NCBI GenBank assembly: GCA_039914705.1
Contig: JBDSOT010000132.1
Location: 1 to 50,345 of the forward strand
Source of the DNA: Gammaproteobacteria bacterium
GTDB taxonomy: Bacteria > Pseudomonadota > Gammaproteobacteria > SURF-13
Length of the DNA stretch: 50,345 nt
Reading direction: 5' to 3'
Shown here: positions 26,518 through 36,669 of the stretch, in pieces
How the letters are laid out: each line of letters begins with the position of its first letter
How positions within the stretch are numbered: the first letter of the stretch is position 1
Made by a program: the position numbers and the translations under genes
Notes under the pieces: generated by a model
What the model was told of the DNA's origin: nothing
The model's input: only the letters and a program-made list of their open reading frames with translations
Database searches by the model: none

Positions 26518-28548
26518 ATGCATGATGGACTTATATTTGCGTTGGCATGTGGCGTTGTTGCATTAATTTACGGCGTTATATCCGTCACCTGGATTTTAAA
26601 TCAATCCCCCGGCAATGAACGAATGCGCGAGATTGCCGCGGCCATTCAAGAAGGCGCTTCTGCCTATCTTAATAAGCAGTACACGGCCATCGGCATGGTC
26701 GGCGTTATTTTATTTCTCATCATAGGCTTTGTGCCAGCGTTGGGCTGGAAGACGGCTACCGGCTTTGCCATCGGCGCAATACTTTCAGGTGCTGCGGGTT
26801 ATATCGGGATGCATATCTCGGTGCGCTCGAATGTCCGCACCGCAGAGGCCGCACGCCATGGCATCAACCCCGCCTTACAGGTCGCCTTCCGGGGCGGCGC
26901 AATCACCGGCATGCTGGTGGTAGGATTGGGTCTGTTAGGTGTAGCCGGTTATTACGCCTACCTGTCATCCATCACCCCAGCCGGGGAGGCCGTCAATCTG
27001 GCACCGCTGGTCGGCCTGGCCTTCGGCGGCTCACTCATCTCCATCTTCGCGCGTTTGGGCGGTGGTATCTTCACCAAGGGTGCGGACGTAGGTGCGGATC
27101 TGGTCGGCAAGGTCGAGGCCGGCATTCCTGAAGACGACCCACGCAACCCGGCGGTCATCGCGGATAACGTCGGTGATAATGTGGGCGATTGCGCGGGCAT
27201 GGCAGCGGACTTATTTGAAACTTACGCCGTTACCATTATCGCTACCATGTTGCTCGGCGGACTGGTGCTGGCTAATGCAGGCGTAAATGCCGTGCTTTAT
27301 CCGTTAGTGCTGGGCGGTGTGTCCATTATCGCGTCGATCATCGGGACCTTCTTTGTGAGTGCGCGCGAGGGCGGCAAGATCATGAACGCCCTGTATCGCG
27401 GCCTGATGGTTGCCGCCGTATTGTCCGGCATCGCCTTTTATTTCGTGACCGACTGGCTGATGGCCGACAACGGCAGTTATAGTGTGATGTCGCTCTACAG
27501 CTCAGCGCTTATCGGCTTGCTGGTCACCGGCGCGCTGGTCGTCATTACCGAATATTACACGGCCACTGAATACAAGCCCGTGCAATATGTCGCCGCCGCC
27601 TCCACCACCGGCCACGCCACCAATATCATTGCGGGCCTTGCCATCTCGATGAAGTCCACTGCTGCGCCGGTGCTAGTAATCTGTCTGGGCATCTGGGGTT
27701 CTTATCAGATGGCCGAACTCTACGGCATAGCGGTTGCCGTGACGTCCATGCTATCCATGGCGGGCATCATCGTGGCACTCGATGCCTACGGCCCGATCAC
27801 GGATAACGCGGGCGGCATCGCGCAGATGGCGGGTTTGCCTAAAGAGGTACGCGACGTCACCGATCCACTCGATGCGGTGGGCAATACCACTAAGGCGGTG
27901 ACCAAGGGATATGCGATCGGCTCGGCGGGGCTTGCCGCGCTGGTGTTATTCGCCGACTTCACGCATGAACTGGATAAGCACCTCGGCATAAAGCAGCTCT
28001 TTGACCTATCCGATCACATGGTTATCATCGGACTGTTGATCGGCGGACTCGTGCCTTATCTGTTTGGTGCCATGGCGATGGAGGCCGTGGGCCGCGCCGC
28101 CGCATCGGTCGTGGTCGAGGTGCGTCGGCAGTTCAAGGAGATACCGGGCATCATGGCCGGTACCGCCAAGCCTGATTACTCACGCGCGGTGGGCATGCTG
28201 ACCACGGCGGCCATCAAAGAAATGATCATACCGTCGCTATTGCCCGTGCTCGTGCCGGTGGTAGTCGGTCTGACACTGGGTCCGCAGGCATTGGGCGGCT
28301 TATTGCTCGGCTCCATAGTCACCGGCCTGTTCGTGGCAATCTCGATGACCACCGGTGGTGGTGCGTGGGATAATGCCAAGAAGTACATCGAAGATAACCA
28401 CTTCGGCGGTAAGGGTTCCGAGGCGCACAAGGCGGCCGTCACTGGCGATACCGTCGGCGACCCGTACAAGGACACCGCAGGCCCTGCTATAAACCCGATG
28501 ATCAAGATCATGAACATCGTGGCCTTGCTCATTGTGCCGTTACTGTAA
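26518..28548 (+). CDS. hppA: Membrane-bound H+(or Na+)-translocating pyrophosphatase
   Basis: About 676 aa polytopic protein with [18 protein letters not shown] and [16 protein letters not shown] motifs. GGAGG lies 8 nt before ATG 26518 (GTG 26515 is also possible). Confidence 0.95.
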   Translation: MHDGLIFALACGVVALIYGVISVTWILNQSPGNERMREIAAAIQEGASAYLNKQYTAIGMVGVILFLIIGFVPALGWKTATGFAIGAILSGAAGYIGMHISVRSNVRTAEAARHGINPALQVAFRGGAITGMLVVGLGLLGVAGYYAYLSSITPAGEAVNLAPLVGLAFGGSLISIFARLGGGIFTKGADVGADLVGKVEAGIPEDDPRNPAVIADNVGDNVGDCAGMAADLFETYAVTIIATMLLGGLVLANAGVNAVLYPLVLGGVSIIASIIGTFFVSAREGGKIMNALYRGLMVAAVLSGIAFYFVTDWLMADNGSYSVMSLYSSALIGLLVTGALVVITEYYTATEYKPVQYVAAASTTGHATNIIAGLAISMKSTAAPVLVICLGIWGSYQMAELYGIAVAVTSMLSMAGIIVALDAYGPITDNAGGIAQMAGLPKEVRDVTDPLDAVGNTTKAVTKGYAIGSAGLAALVLFADFTHELDKHLGIKQLFDLSDHMVIIGLLIGGLVPYLFGAMAMEAVGRAAASVVVEVRRQFKEIPGIMAGTAKPDYSRAVGMLTTAAIKEMIIPSLLPVLVPVVVGLTLGPQALGGLLLGSIVTGLFVAISMTTGGGAWDNAKKYIEDNHFGGKGSEAHKAAVTGDTVGDPYKDTAGPAINPMIKIMNIVALLIVPLL

Positions 28549-28572
28549 ATAGAAAATCTCAACCCCTCTTCC

Positions 28573-28605
28573 CAGCGAAGAGGGGGATGAGTTTTGCCGC
28601 CCGGA
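28573..28605 (+). terminator. Hairpin after hppA
   Basis: CCCCTCTTC-CCAGC-GAAGAGGGG, then GATGAGTTTTG. Confidence 0.55.
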
Positions 28606-28711
28606 CGCTGTTTCGCATCGTAAGCCTCAGCGGTTTGGATTTCTTCGATTTATTGCTAGACTTCCCTCGTCGTAGCCTCTCTGAATCAAAAGCATTTCCC
28701 GAGGTGCCCAC

Positions 28712-30028
28712 GTGTTTTCCAGCTGGATAGACGAACTCTGGTATGTATTGGGATTTGCCGTCATCGCGGTTATTGTCGGCCTGATCGCGGGCTACCCGTT
28801 ACTGTTCTTCCTGTTTGCGCTGCTCACTTATTTAGGATGGAACTTATTCAATCTGTACCGCCTGCAACACTGGCTCAAGGAAGGAAAAAAATTCCAGCCG
28901 CCCATTTCGAGCGGGCTGTGGGGGGAGGTTTTCAACGAGATTCACCGCTTGCAGGTGCGTAACCGAAAACGTAAACGCAAACTCACACTGATGCTCAACC
29001 GTTTTGAGCAGGCCACGTCCGCCCTGCCCGACGCCACCGTGGTACTCAGCATGCACGGTGAGATCGAATGGTTTAATGATGCGGCGCACAAGATGCTGGG
29101 TCTGCGCTCGCCATTCGATACCGGGCAACGTATCGCCAATCTGGTGCGCCATCCCCGGTTCATCGAATTTATGGCTACGGCGGATTATTCCAAAACCGTG
29201 GAGATGCCATCGCCGGCCGACAACGGAATGCTGCTGGCGGCAGTGGTTGTTCCCTACGGCGATAAACGTCTGTTGATTGCGCGCGATATTACTCGCATCC
29301 AACGCCTGGAACAGATGCGCCGCGACTTCATTGCCAACATCTCTCACGAGTTGCGCACACCGCTGACCGTGATCAATGGATTTTTAGAGACCTTGACCGA
29401 CGCCCCCGAAGAATGCCCGGCATCCTGGGCGCGTCCGCTGCAACTGATGCAACAGCAGGCGGCGCGTATGCAGAATATCGTTAGTGATCTACTGATGTTG
29501 TCCCGTCTGGAGACGGATCAACATACCTCAACACAAACTGTGATCAACGTGGCGGACATGTCGAACCTGATGGTACGCGAGGCATATGCCTTGAGCGGCG
29601 AGCGAGCCCACCGTATTGAACTCCAAGCAGACCCGCAATTATGGTTGCGCGGTAACCACGATGAATTGCACAGCGCGTTTTCCAATCTGATCTTCAATGC
29701 CGTGCAATATACGCCGCCCGGCGGGGAGATTCGTATTCGCTGGTTTCAGGATCACCAGGGCGCACATTGGGTTATTAGCGATACCGGTGATGGCATTGCC
29801 CCGCACGACCTGCCACGGCTGACGGAGCGATTTTATCGGGTCGATGCCGGGCGCTCGCGAGAACGCGGAGGTACCGGTCTGGGTCTTGCGATCGTCAAAC
29901 ATGCGCTGAACCGGCACGCTGCGCAGTTACACATTGAAAGCGAACTAGGCAAAGGAAGTGTCTTCAGCTGTGACTTTCCGCCCAGCGCTATAGCCGAACC
30001 GCCTAAGGTCACAGCCTCGATTAATTAA
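28712..30028 (+). CDS. phoR: Phosphate regulon sensor histidine kinase PhoR
   Basis: N-terminal membrane anchor, PAS domain, RLEQMRRDFIANISHELRTPLTVINGFLETL H-box, GGTGLGLAIVKHAL G-box. GTG start. Confidence 0.88.
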   Translation: MFSSWIDELWYVLGFAVIAVIVGLIAGYPLLFFLFALLTYLGWNLFNLYRLQHWLKEGKKFQPPISSGLWGEVFNEIHRLQVRNRKRKRKLTLMLNRFEQATSALPDATVVLSMHGEIEWFNDAAHKMLGLRSPFDTGQRIANLVRHPRFIEFMATADYSKTVEMPSPADNGMLLAAVVVPYGDKRLLIARDITRIQRLEQMRRDFIANISHELRTPLTVINGFLETLTDAPEECPASWARPLQLMQQQAARMQNIVSDLLMLSRLETDQHTSTQTVINVADMSNLMVREAYALSGERAHRIELQADPQLWLRGNHDELHSAFSNLIFNAVQYTPPGGEIRIRWFQDHQGAHWVISDTGDGIAPHDLPRLTERFYRVDAGRSRERGGTGLGLAIVKHALNRHAAQLHIESELGKGSVFSCDFPPSAIAEPPKVTASIN

Positions 30029-30086
30029 GTAAGCGTGTTTACACGGCGGGAAATTTCACTTACCTGACACATCGCCAGTCTGACTA

Positions 30087-30602
30087 CTACTTCGGATGCA
30101 CTTCCGGCCGTATCATGAGTTTATCCGTATAAGCCATGGCCACGGCCGACACGACAAAGGTGAGATGGATAATCACTTGCCACATCATGGTCTTTTGGTC
30201 GAGATGCGGGGCGTTAATAAAGGTCTTGAGCAGATGGATCGATGAAATACCGATCAGCGCCATCGACAATTTGACCTTCATGGTACCGGCATTGACGTGA
30301 CCCAGCCATTCGGGGTGATCAGGGTGGTCGTGCAGATTAAGGCGCGACACAAACGTCTCGTAGCCGCCGATGATAACCATAATCAAAAGATTCGCAATCA
30401 TGACAACATCGATCAAGCCCAGCACGACCAGCATGATTTCGGTTTCCGTGATCGACGTAGTCTTCTCGATTAAATGCAGCAGCTCCACCATGAAGTGGTA
30501 AACGTAAACACCCTGGGCAATGATCAAACCCACATAAAGCGGTGCCTGTAGCCAGCGGCTGGCAAAAATAAATTTTGTAAGAAGTCCGTAATTCTTATTC
30601 AT
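30087..30602 (-). CDS. yqhA: UPF0114 family inner-membrane protein YqhA
   Basis: [27 protein letters not shown]... Start at ATG 30602, preceded by AAGG. Confidence 0.8.
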   Translation of the reverse strand: MNKNYGLLTKFIFASRWLQAPLYVGLIIAQGVYVYHFMVELLHLIEKTTSITETEIMLVVLGLIDVVMIANLLIMVIIGGYETFVSRLNLHDHPDHPEWLGHVNAGTMKVKLSMALIGISSIHLLKTFINAPHLDQKTMMWQVIIHLTFVVSAVAMAYTDKLMIRPEVHPK

Positions 30603-30702
30603 AGACCTTAGGTCTCTGCGCAAATTGCAAATATTAACATAATCGTCTCATCAGGCTAACTGCACATTGCACAGGGTAGCGGCTCAATATGAAATTTTTG
30701 CT

Positions 30703-30730
30703 GTCACCCTGAGTGATGCGAAGGGATGAC
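30703..30730. repeat. REP-like hairpin
   Basis: GTCACCC-TGAGTGATGCGAA-GGGATGAC imperfect dyad in the yqhA/antiporter intergenic region. Confidence 0.4.
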
Positions 30731-30820
30731 AACTAGCGAACTGAGCGCTCCCCGCACAAGGCCGGTTTGCCGTTGTTATTTCTATGCATTAGAATGCCAT
30801 GCATTCTATCGGGGACCGAC

Positions 30821-31831
30821 ATGTCGATTTTTCTTAATCTGATGTTCATGCTTATACTGATTCTGATAGCCGCGCAGATATTTTGCGATGCCCTCGAACA
30901 CTTGGGCGAGCGGCTAAAAATCTCCGAGGGTGTAACCGGTTCCCTGTTTGCCGCAGTTGGCACCGCTCTGCCGGAAACCCTGGTTCCGCTGCTGGCCATC
31001 TTCGCAGGCACCGACAATATCAGCATCAATGAAGAGATCGGCGTTGGCGCTATTCTCGGTGCCCCCCTGATGCTATCGACGCTATCGTTATCGTTACTGG
31101 CCGTATTCACGCTCAAAAAACGCGGTATCAATGGCAGCTTCACTCCGGAAAAAACTGGTTTAACACGTGACCTGAATTTTTTTCTGCTGGCATTTTTACT
31201 GGCCGCCGTCGCACTGTTTATCCCACACGACTTTTCCGCAGTGCGTACCGGCATCGCCTTCTCGCTGGTGCTGGTCTACTTTGTGTACATCATGCTCACC
31301 CTGCGCGCCTCCGCCCAATTGGTGCAAAAAGGCCACGGCACCGCAACCCAGGCACCCATGTTCCTGTGCCGCTTGGGGCTGCCGGATAATACCGCCGTGA
31401 CCCTTTTGCAACTGCTGGTGGGTCTGGGTTTGCTGGTGGCAGGGGCGAAGGGTTTTATCCACGGCGTCGAAGAGGCCGCACCCATCATCGGCATATCGGC
31501 GCTGTTATTATCTCTGCTGATTATCCCGCTCGCCACGGAATTGCCCGAAAAGGTCAACAGCATTCTCTGGATACGCAAGGGCAAGGACACACTCGCGTTC
31601 GGCAATATTACCGGTGCCATGGTATTCCAGGGCACCTTGTTGCCGGCCATCGGCGTCATGCTGACGCCGTGGGAGGCACGCTACGAAGTACTGTTTGGCA
31701 TTCTGATTACCCTGCTGGCTGCCCTGTGGCTGCGGGTCTTGCTGCTACGCGGTAACTTGAAGGTCTGGCATCTGGCGATCAACGGCCTGTTCTATATTAT
31801 TTATCTGGCTATTATCCTGAGCTTTATCTAG
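30821..31831 (+). CDS. Sodium/calcium exchanger (CaCA) family membrane protein
   Basis: Two alpha-repeat motifs (GSLFAAVGTALPETLV and PLATELPEKVNSI...GNITGAMVF). Start at ATG 30821. Confidence 0.82.
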   Translation: MSIFLNLMFMLILILIAAQIFCDALEHLGERLKISEGVTGSLFAAVGTALPETLVPLLAIFAGTDNISINEEIGVGAILGAPLMLSTLSLSLLAVFTLKKRGINGSFTPEKTGLTRDLNFFLLAFLLAAVALFIPHDFSAVRTGIAFSLVLVYFVYIMLTLRASAQLVQKGHGTATQAPMFLCRLGLPDNTAVTLLQLLVGLGLLVAGAKGFIHGVEEAAPIIGISALLLSLLIIPLATELPEKVNSILWIRKGKDTLAFGNITGAMVFQGTLLPAIGVMLTPWEARYEVLFGILITLLAALWLRVLLLRGNLKVWHLAINGLFYIIYLAIILSFI

Positions 31832-31842
31832 GTCGCACTGTC

Positions 31843-32289
31843 TTAATCGCAGAAGTCATCAATCGATTTTTTAGCTTCTTCCGTCGCCAGCTTACGTTCT
31901 TCGTCCGATAAGACGGCGTCCTGCTCGCCCGCTCCCGGCTTATAGAGATAACGCGCGCGTTCATAATTTTTCAACTGCGTCCTGGCATGCAAGCATTGCT
32001 TCTCTCGCACGTCCTCCTTCTGTTTCGCTTTAGCCGTCTCTTCGTCTTTCAGCTTGCGTTCTTCCTCCTGCACCTTGATTAATTTATCGCTTTGTTCCTG
32101 CTTTTTTTTAAGCCCCGGATCAGGTGGCGGGGCTGCCTTGATCTGCACCTGCTCCGCCACGGCATTGCCGGGTTGGTCACCGAACTGCACCTTGCCATTT
32201 TCATCGACCCACTTATAGACACCGGCGGCGTGCACTACCGGCATTACCAGAGTAAACGCAAGCATCAACACTAATATAGAACGTTTCAT
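31843..32289 (-). CDS. DUF4124 domain secreted protein with charged coiled-coil region
   Basis: Signal peptide, then GVYKWVDENGKVQFGDQP (DUF4124 signature). Confidence 0.7.
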   Translation of the reverse strand: MKRSILVLMLAFTLVMPVVHAAGVYKWVDENGKVQFGDQPGNAVAEQVQIKAAPPPDPGLKKKQEQSDKLIKVQEEERKLKDEETAKAKQKEDVREKQCLHARTQLKNYERARYLYKPGAGEQDAVLSDEERKLATEEAKKSIDDFCD

Positions 32290-32325
32290 AATTCCCCCTG
32301 TACCGTCAAAGACAACATATTCTCT

Positions 32326-33123
32326 TTACTTTACCCGTAAATGGTCAAGCCGCAAACGCTGGCGCTCGTCAAACAGGCGACGCGACCCTATCCAGACCGC
32401 TGCCACGGTGCCAAAACCGGTGGCGGCGGTAATCAGAAACATAACTAAAATCTGATACTTAACCGCTTCAAGCGGCGGACTCCCGGCCAGTATCTGGCCC
32501 GTCATCATGCCCGGCAGGCTGACGAGACCGGCAGTTGCCATGGCATTGATCATCGGAATCATGCCCACGCGCATGCTCTCACGGCGAATGTCGGCAATCG
32601 TCTGCGCCCAATCCTGACCAAGCATTAAGCGTGCCTCTATTATCGTGCGCTGCTGCCATGAGCCTTGCGTGAGGCGATCCAGCCCCAAGGTAACACCGCT
32701 CATAGTATTGCCCAGCATCATGCCGAGCAACGGAATCGCATACTGTGGCGTGTACCAGGGATCGGGGCCGATAATTATCACCAGTGCAAGCAATGTGACG
32801 GAAAACGACGAAATGAACATCGAGAAGGTACCCACCCCAAAGCCCCACCAGCCCGCCAGGCCACGTTGTTGCCGCACCATCACCTCACGGCCTGCCACCA
32901 TCAACATAATGAAGGCAATCAAGGCTATCCACACCAAGCTAACATTGGCAAACAGCGCCTTTAACACCAGGCCAATCAGCAGTAATTGCACCACCGTACG
33001 CACGGCGGCAACGAGGATTTCATTAGCCAGACCAAGCTGCATGCGAATCGACAATACCGCGAGCAGCAGCACGAGTCCCGCCGCCAGCACCAGGTCCGTG
33101 GCTGTTAGGCTGACAAGGTGCAT
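32326..33123 (-). CDS. fetB: Iron-export ABC transporter permease FetB (UPF0014/YbbM family)
   Basis: 265-aa polytopic protein overlapping the upstream ABC ATPase gene. Confidence 0.8.
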   Translation of the reverse strand: MHLVSLTATDLVLAAGLVLLLAVLSIRMQLGLANEILVAAVRTVVQLLLIGLVLKALFANVSLVWIALIAFIMLMVAGREVMVRQQRGLAGWWGFGVGTFSMFISSFSVTLLALVIIIGPDPWYTPQYAIPLLGMMLGNTMSGVTLGLDRLTQGSWQQRTIIEARLMLGQDWAQTIADIRRESMRVGMIPMINAMATAGLVSLPGMMTGQILAGSPPLEAVKYQILVMFLITAATGFGTVAAVWIGSRRLFDERQRLRLDHLRVK

Positions 33124-33722
33124 AGCGGATCAGGCTCCGGGAGTAATTGGCCGTTGGCTAAATACAGGCTGCGGTCGGCCACGCGCGCTATTTGCTCAGG
33201 GTCGTGACTGACCCATAACACGGCCGTTTCATTGCGGCTGCGATAATCCTTAATAAGCTCCTCCACACGGCGCACATTGTCCGGGTCCAGGCTGGCCGTC
33301 GGTTCATCCAGTAATAGCGCGCTCGGGCGCAAGCTCAGCAACCGCACCAGGGCAAGGCGCTGGCGTTCGCCGCTGGACAAGCGGCTGATCTGCCAATGCA
33401 TTACCTCTTTGTCAAAACCTAAGCACTCCAGCAACCCGTAATCTATTTGCGCAAAGTGTTCGCCAACGCTATCGCCCCACCACTGACTTTCGGCGGGCAG
33501 CATGCCCACGCGACCTCGCCAGTCAGAGGCGCTGAATGCATTACACTCGGCATCATCGAGGAATACCCGGCCACGATGAGGATCGAGATCGGCGATGGCG
33601 CGTAACAATAAGGTCTTGCCCGCACCCGATGGGCCTGACACGCAGACGCATTCGTCGTTTATTATAAAATTCAATGGACCTACGTGATGGTTGCGCAGGT
33701 GTTCGATGCGTAATCGGCTCAG
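33105..33722 (-). CDS. fetA: ABC transporter ATP-binding protein FetA/YbbL type (proposed CTG start at 33722; first canonical codon TTG 33674)
   Basis: Walker A GPSGAGKT, signature LSSGERQR, Walker B LLLDEP. With the ORF-track start, Walker A would sit only 13 residues from the N-terminus. See finding. Confidence 0.8.
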   Translation of the reverse strand: MSRLRIEHLRNHHVGPLNFIINDECVCVSGPSGAGKTLLLRAIADLDPHRGRVFLDDAECNAFSASDWRGRVGMLPAESQWWGDSVGEHFAQIDYGLLECLGFDKEVMHWQISRLSSGERQRLALVRLLSLRPSALLLDEPTASLDPDNVRRVEELIKDYRSRNETAVLWVSHDPEQIARVADRSLYLANGQLLPEPDPLCTLSA

Positions 33723-33920
33723 CGCACTACTCCTGCCATAAGGTGATCATGTCGTCTTGAATTATCAGTAGAGAATAAGATGTGGGGCACACTGCATGAT
33801 AAAGCGGCGCGGAGGATTTGCACAGGAGGGGATGACGGTGTTTCAAAACCGCAGGCGGCGGTAAGACAAGCGCTTATCAAAGTACGTGCGCGGACTTAAA
33901 ATTGGAAAGAATACTATTGG

Positions 33921-33952
33921 AAAAAATAAGGCCGCAGTTTGATGCGGCCTTA
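33921..33952 (-). terminator. Intrinsic terminator after pnp
   Basis: Minus-strand ATAAGGCCGCA-TCAAAC-TGCGGCCTTAT followed by TTTTTT. Confidence 0.75.
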
Positions 33953-33956
33953 TAAC

Positions 33957-36050
33957 TCAAGCCTCGACTGTTTCCTCAACGGCCTTGATGCTCAAGCGGA
34001 TACGGCCCTGCTTGTCGATCTCCAATACCTTGACCTTTACCAGTTCGCCTTCCTTAAGCTTGTCGCTGACGTTCTCGACGCGCTCATTGGAGATTTGCGA
34101 GATATGCACGAGGCCGTCCTTGCCCGGCAAGATGGTGACAAAGGCACCAAAGTCCATCAGCTTTGCCACGCGGCCTTCGTATATCTTGCCGACCTCGACG
34201 TCCGCAGTAATCTGCTCAATGCGGCGGCGTGCCTCGAGGCTCGCAGCATTGTCTACGGAGGCGATCTTCACGGTGCCGTCATCGGTGATGTCGATGGTGG
34301 CACCGGTCTCTTCGGTAATGGCGCGGATGGTCACGCCGCCCTTGCCGATAATGTCGCGAATCTTGTCCGGGTTGACCTTGAAGGTGACAATGCGCGGCGC
34401 GAAGTCCGACATCTGGCTGCGCGGTGCGGCGATGGCTTGATTCATGATACCGAGAATATGTAAACGCCCTTCTTTGGCCTGGCTCAATGCGGCAGCCATG
34501 ATCTCTTGCGTGATGCCGTCGATCTTGATGTCCATCTGGAGGGCGGTAACACCTTGCGCGGTGCCGGCGACCTTAAAATCCATGTCGCCGAGATGATCTT
34601 CATCACCCAGAATATCGCTGAGTACGGCAAAGCGATCCTGATCTTTAATAAGGCCCATGGCGATACCCGCCACCGGTGCCTTCAACGGAACGCCTGCATC
34701 CATCATGGACAAGCTGCTACCGCACACGCTGGCCATGGAACTGGAACCGTTCGATTCGGTGATCTCGGAGACCACGCGCACGACATAGGGAAATTCATCC
34801 ATGGTCGGCATGACGGCCAATAAGCCGCGCTTTGCCAGACGCCCATGGCCGATCTCGCGCCGCTTGGGACTGCCGACCATGCCGGTTTCGCCGACGCAGG
34901 ACGGTGGAAAATTATAATGCAGCATAAACGGATCTTTACGCTCGCCTTCAATGGCGTCGATAAGCTGCGCGTCACGCCCGGTGCCTAATGTGGTAACGAC
35001 CAATGCCTGGGTCTCGCCACGCGTAAACAGTGCGGAGCCGTGGGTACGCGGCAGCACGCCGGTGCGTATGGTAACGGGACGCACGGTGCGTGTATCGCGT
35101 CCATCAATGCGTGGCTTGCCGGATAAAATCTGCCCGCGCACGATCTTTTTCTCCAGGCTTTCGATGGCACCTTTCACTTCTTCAACGCCATATGCGCCAC
35201 CCTCTGGGGCCAGCTTGGCGAGAATGTCTGCGCGTACCTGAGTCATGCGATTCTGGCGCGCCAGTTTCTCGCGAATCTCGTAGGCCTCGGTTATGGTGTC
35301 TTTTCCGGCTGACTCAAGCGCAGCCTCCAAAGCCTTATTTTTTTCGGCTGGCTGCCAGCTCCATGGCGTATTGCCCACCTCGGCTGCCAGTTCACGAATG
35401 GCCTTGATAGCGACCTGCATTTGCTCATGGCCAAACATCACCGCACCCAACATGATCTCTTCAGCCAATTGTTTAGCCTCGGACTCCACCATCAACACCG
35501 CGTTTTCGGTGCCCGCGACAACCAGATCGAGATCGGAATCCAGCAACTGACCGCGCACCGGATTAAGCAGATATTTTCCTTCACGATAACCGACACGCGC
35601 CGCGCCAATCGGGCCGTTAAATGGCAATCCGGAAAGCGACACCGCAGCCGAGGCACCCAGCATGGCGGCTATATCGGGATCGATCTCGGCGTCCAGAGAA
35701 ACCACCGTAGCGATGACTTGAACTTCGTTCGTAAAACCTTTGGGAAACAGAGGGCGTAGCGGGCGATCGATTAGACGTGAGGTCAACGTTTCTTTTTCAC
35801 TGGGACGGCCTTCGCGTTTAAAGAAGCCGCCGGGAATCTTGCCTGCGGAATACGTGCGTTCCTGATAATTGACGGTAAGCGGAAAAAAGTCCCGGCCTTC
35901 GACAACTTTTTTGATACCGACTGCGGTCACCATCACCACGGTGTCGCCCATGCTGACCATGACTGCGGCGGAGGCCTGACGGGCAATCTCGCCGGTTTCA
36001 ATCGTTACCGTGTGGTCGCCGTACTGAAAAACTTTTTTGATAGGGGTCAC
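33957..36050 (-). CDS. pnp: Polyribonucleotide nucleotidyltransferase (PNPase)
   Basis: Two RNase PH domains, KH and S1 domains. Start set to GTG 36050 ([29 protein letters not shown] 6 nt upstream). The ORF track begins at TTG 36074. Confidence 0.96.
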   Translation of the reverse strand: MTPIKKVFQYGDHTVTIETGEIARQASAAVMVSMGDTVVMVTAVGIKKVVEGRDFFPLTVNYQERTYSAGKIPGGFFKREGRPSEKETLTSRLIDRPLRPLFPKGFTNEVQVIATVVSLDAEIDPDIAAMLGASAAVSLSGLPFNGPIGAARVGYREGKYLLNPVRGQLLDSDLDLVVAGTENAVLMVESEAKQLAEEIMLGAVMFGHEQMQVAIKAIRELAAEVGNTPWSWQPAEKNKALEAALESAGKDTITEAYEIREKLARQNRMTQVRADILAKLAPEGGAYGVEEVKGAIESLEKKIVRGQILSGKPRIDGRDTRTVRPVTIRTGVLPRTHGSALFTRGETQALVVTTLGTGRDAQLIDAIEGERKDPFMLHYNFPPSCVGETGMVGSPKRREIGHGRLAKRGLLAVMPTMDEFPYVVRVVSEITESNGSSSMASVCGSSLSMMDAGVPLKAPVAGIAMGLIKDQDRFAVLSDILGDEDHLGDMDFKVAGTAQGVTALQMDIKIDGITQEIMAAALSQAKEGRLHILGIMNQAIAAPRSQMSDFAPRIVTFKVNPDKIRDIIGKGGVTIRAITEETGATIDITDDGTVKIASVDNAASLEARRRIEQITADVEVGKIYEGRVAKLMDFGAFVTILPGKDGLVHISQISNERVENVSDKLKEGELVKVKVLEIDKQGRIRLSIKAVEETVEA

Positions 36051-36180
36051 GTCCTGTTCCTTAAGAGTTAGCAATAGCTATGGAGGTATACGGCAGGAAA
36101 CAACCGGGATTCATTGACTCATTTGGATTTTACGACTACGGCTTGCGTCAATTACCTTAAATCGTCTTATTTACGCCCAT

Positions 36181-36450
36181 TTATTTACGCAGGCCAAGAC
36201 GCGCGATCAAATTGCGATAACCTTCAACATTTTTCTTCTTAAAATAGTCTAGCAATTTGCGACGTTGACTCACCATGCGCAACAAGCCCTGGCGGGAGTG
36301 ATGATCGTGGGTATGCGTCTTGAAGTGGCTGGATAATTGTTCGATATGCGCCGAGAGCAGCGCAACTTGTACCTCGGGCGATCCGGTATCCGTGGCCGAG
36401 CGCTGATAATCTTTAACAACCTGGCCTTTTTGTTCGGCGTTGAACGGCAT
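36181..36450 (-). CDS. rpsO: 30S ribosomal protein S15
   Basis: 89 aa, [32 protein letters not shown]... Confidence 0.98.
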   Translation of the reverse strand: MPFNAEQKGQVVKDYQRSATDTGSPEVQVALLSAHIEQLSSHFKTHTHDHHSRQGLLRMVSQRRKLLDYFKKKNVEGYRNLIARLGLRK

Positions 36451-36669
36451 GACTCACTCCTGACTGCGCAATCGGATAAAAAACATATTTTAAATGAAAC
36501 GGCAAAAGATTGGAAGGCGAGGCGCCGCTGTTCGGCCACCGAGCGCCACGCCAGCGATGGCGGGGCCGTATTTCAAGCGGAGCAGGAAGCTCAGCGAAAA
36601 ACTATCTACTTATATTAGGTTCATCGTTCGGGACCTACTGATTTGCCCTCCCCACCATCAAGCAGAAAC

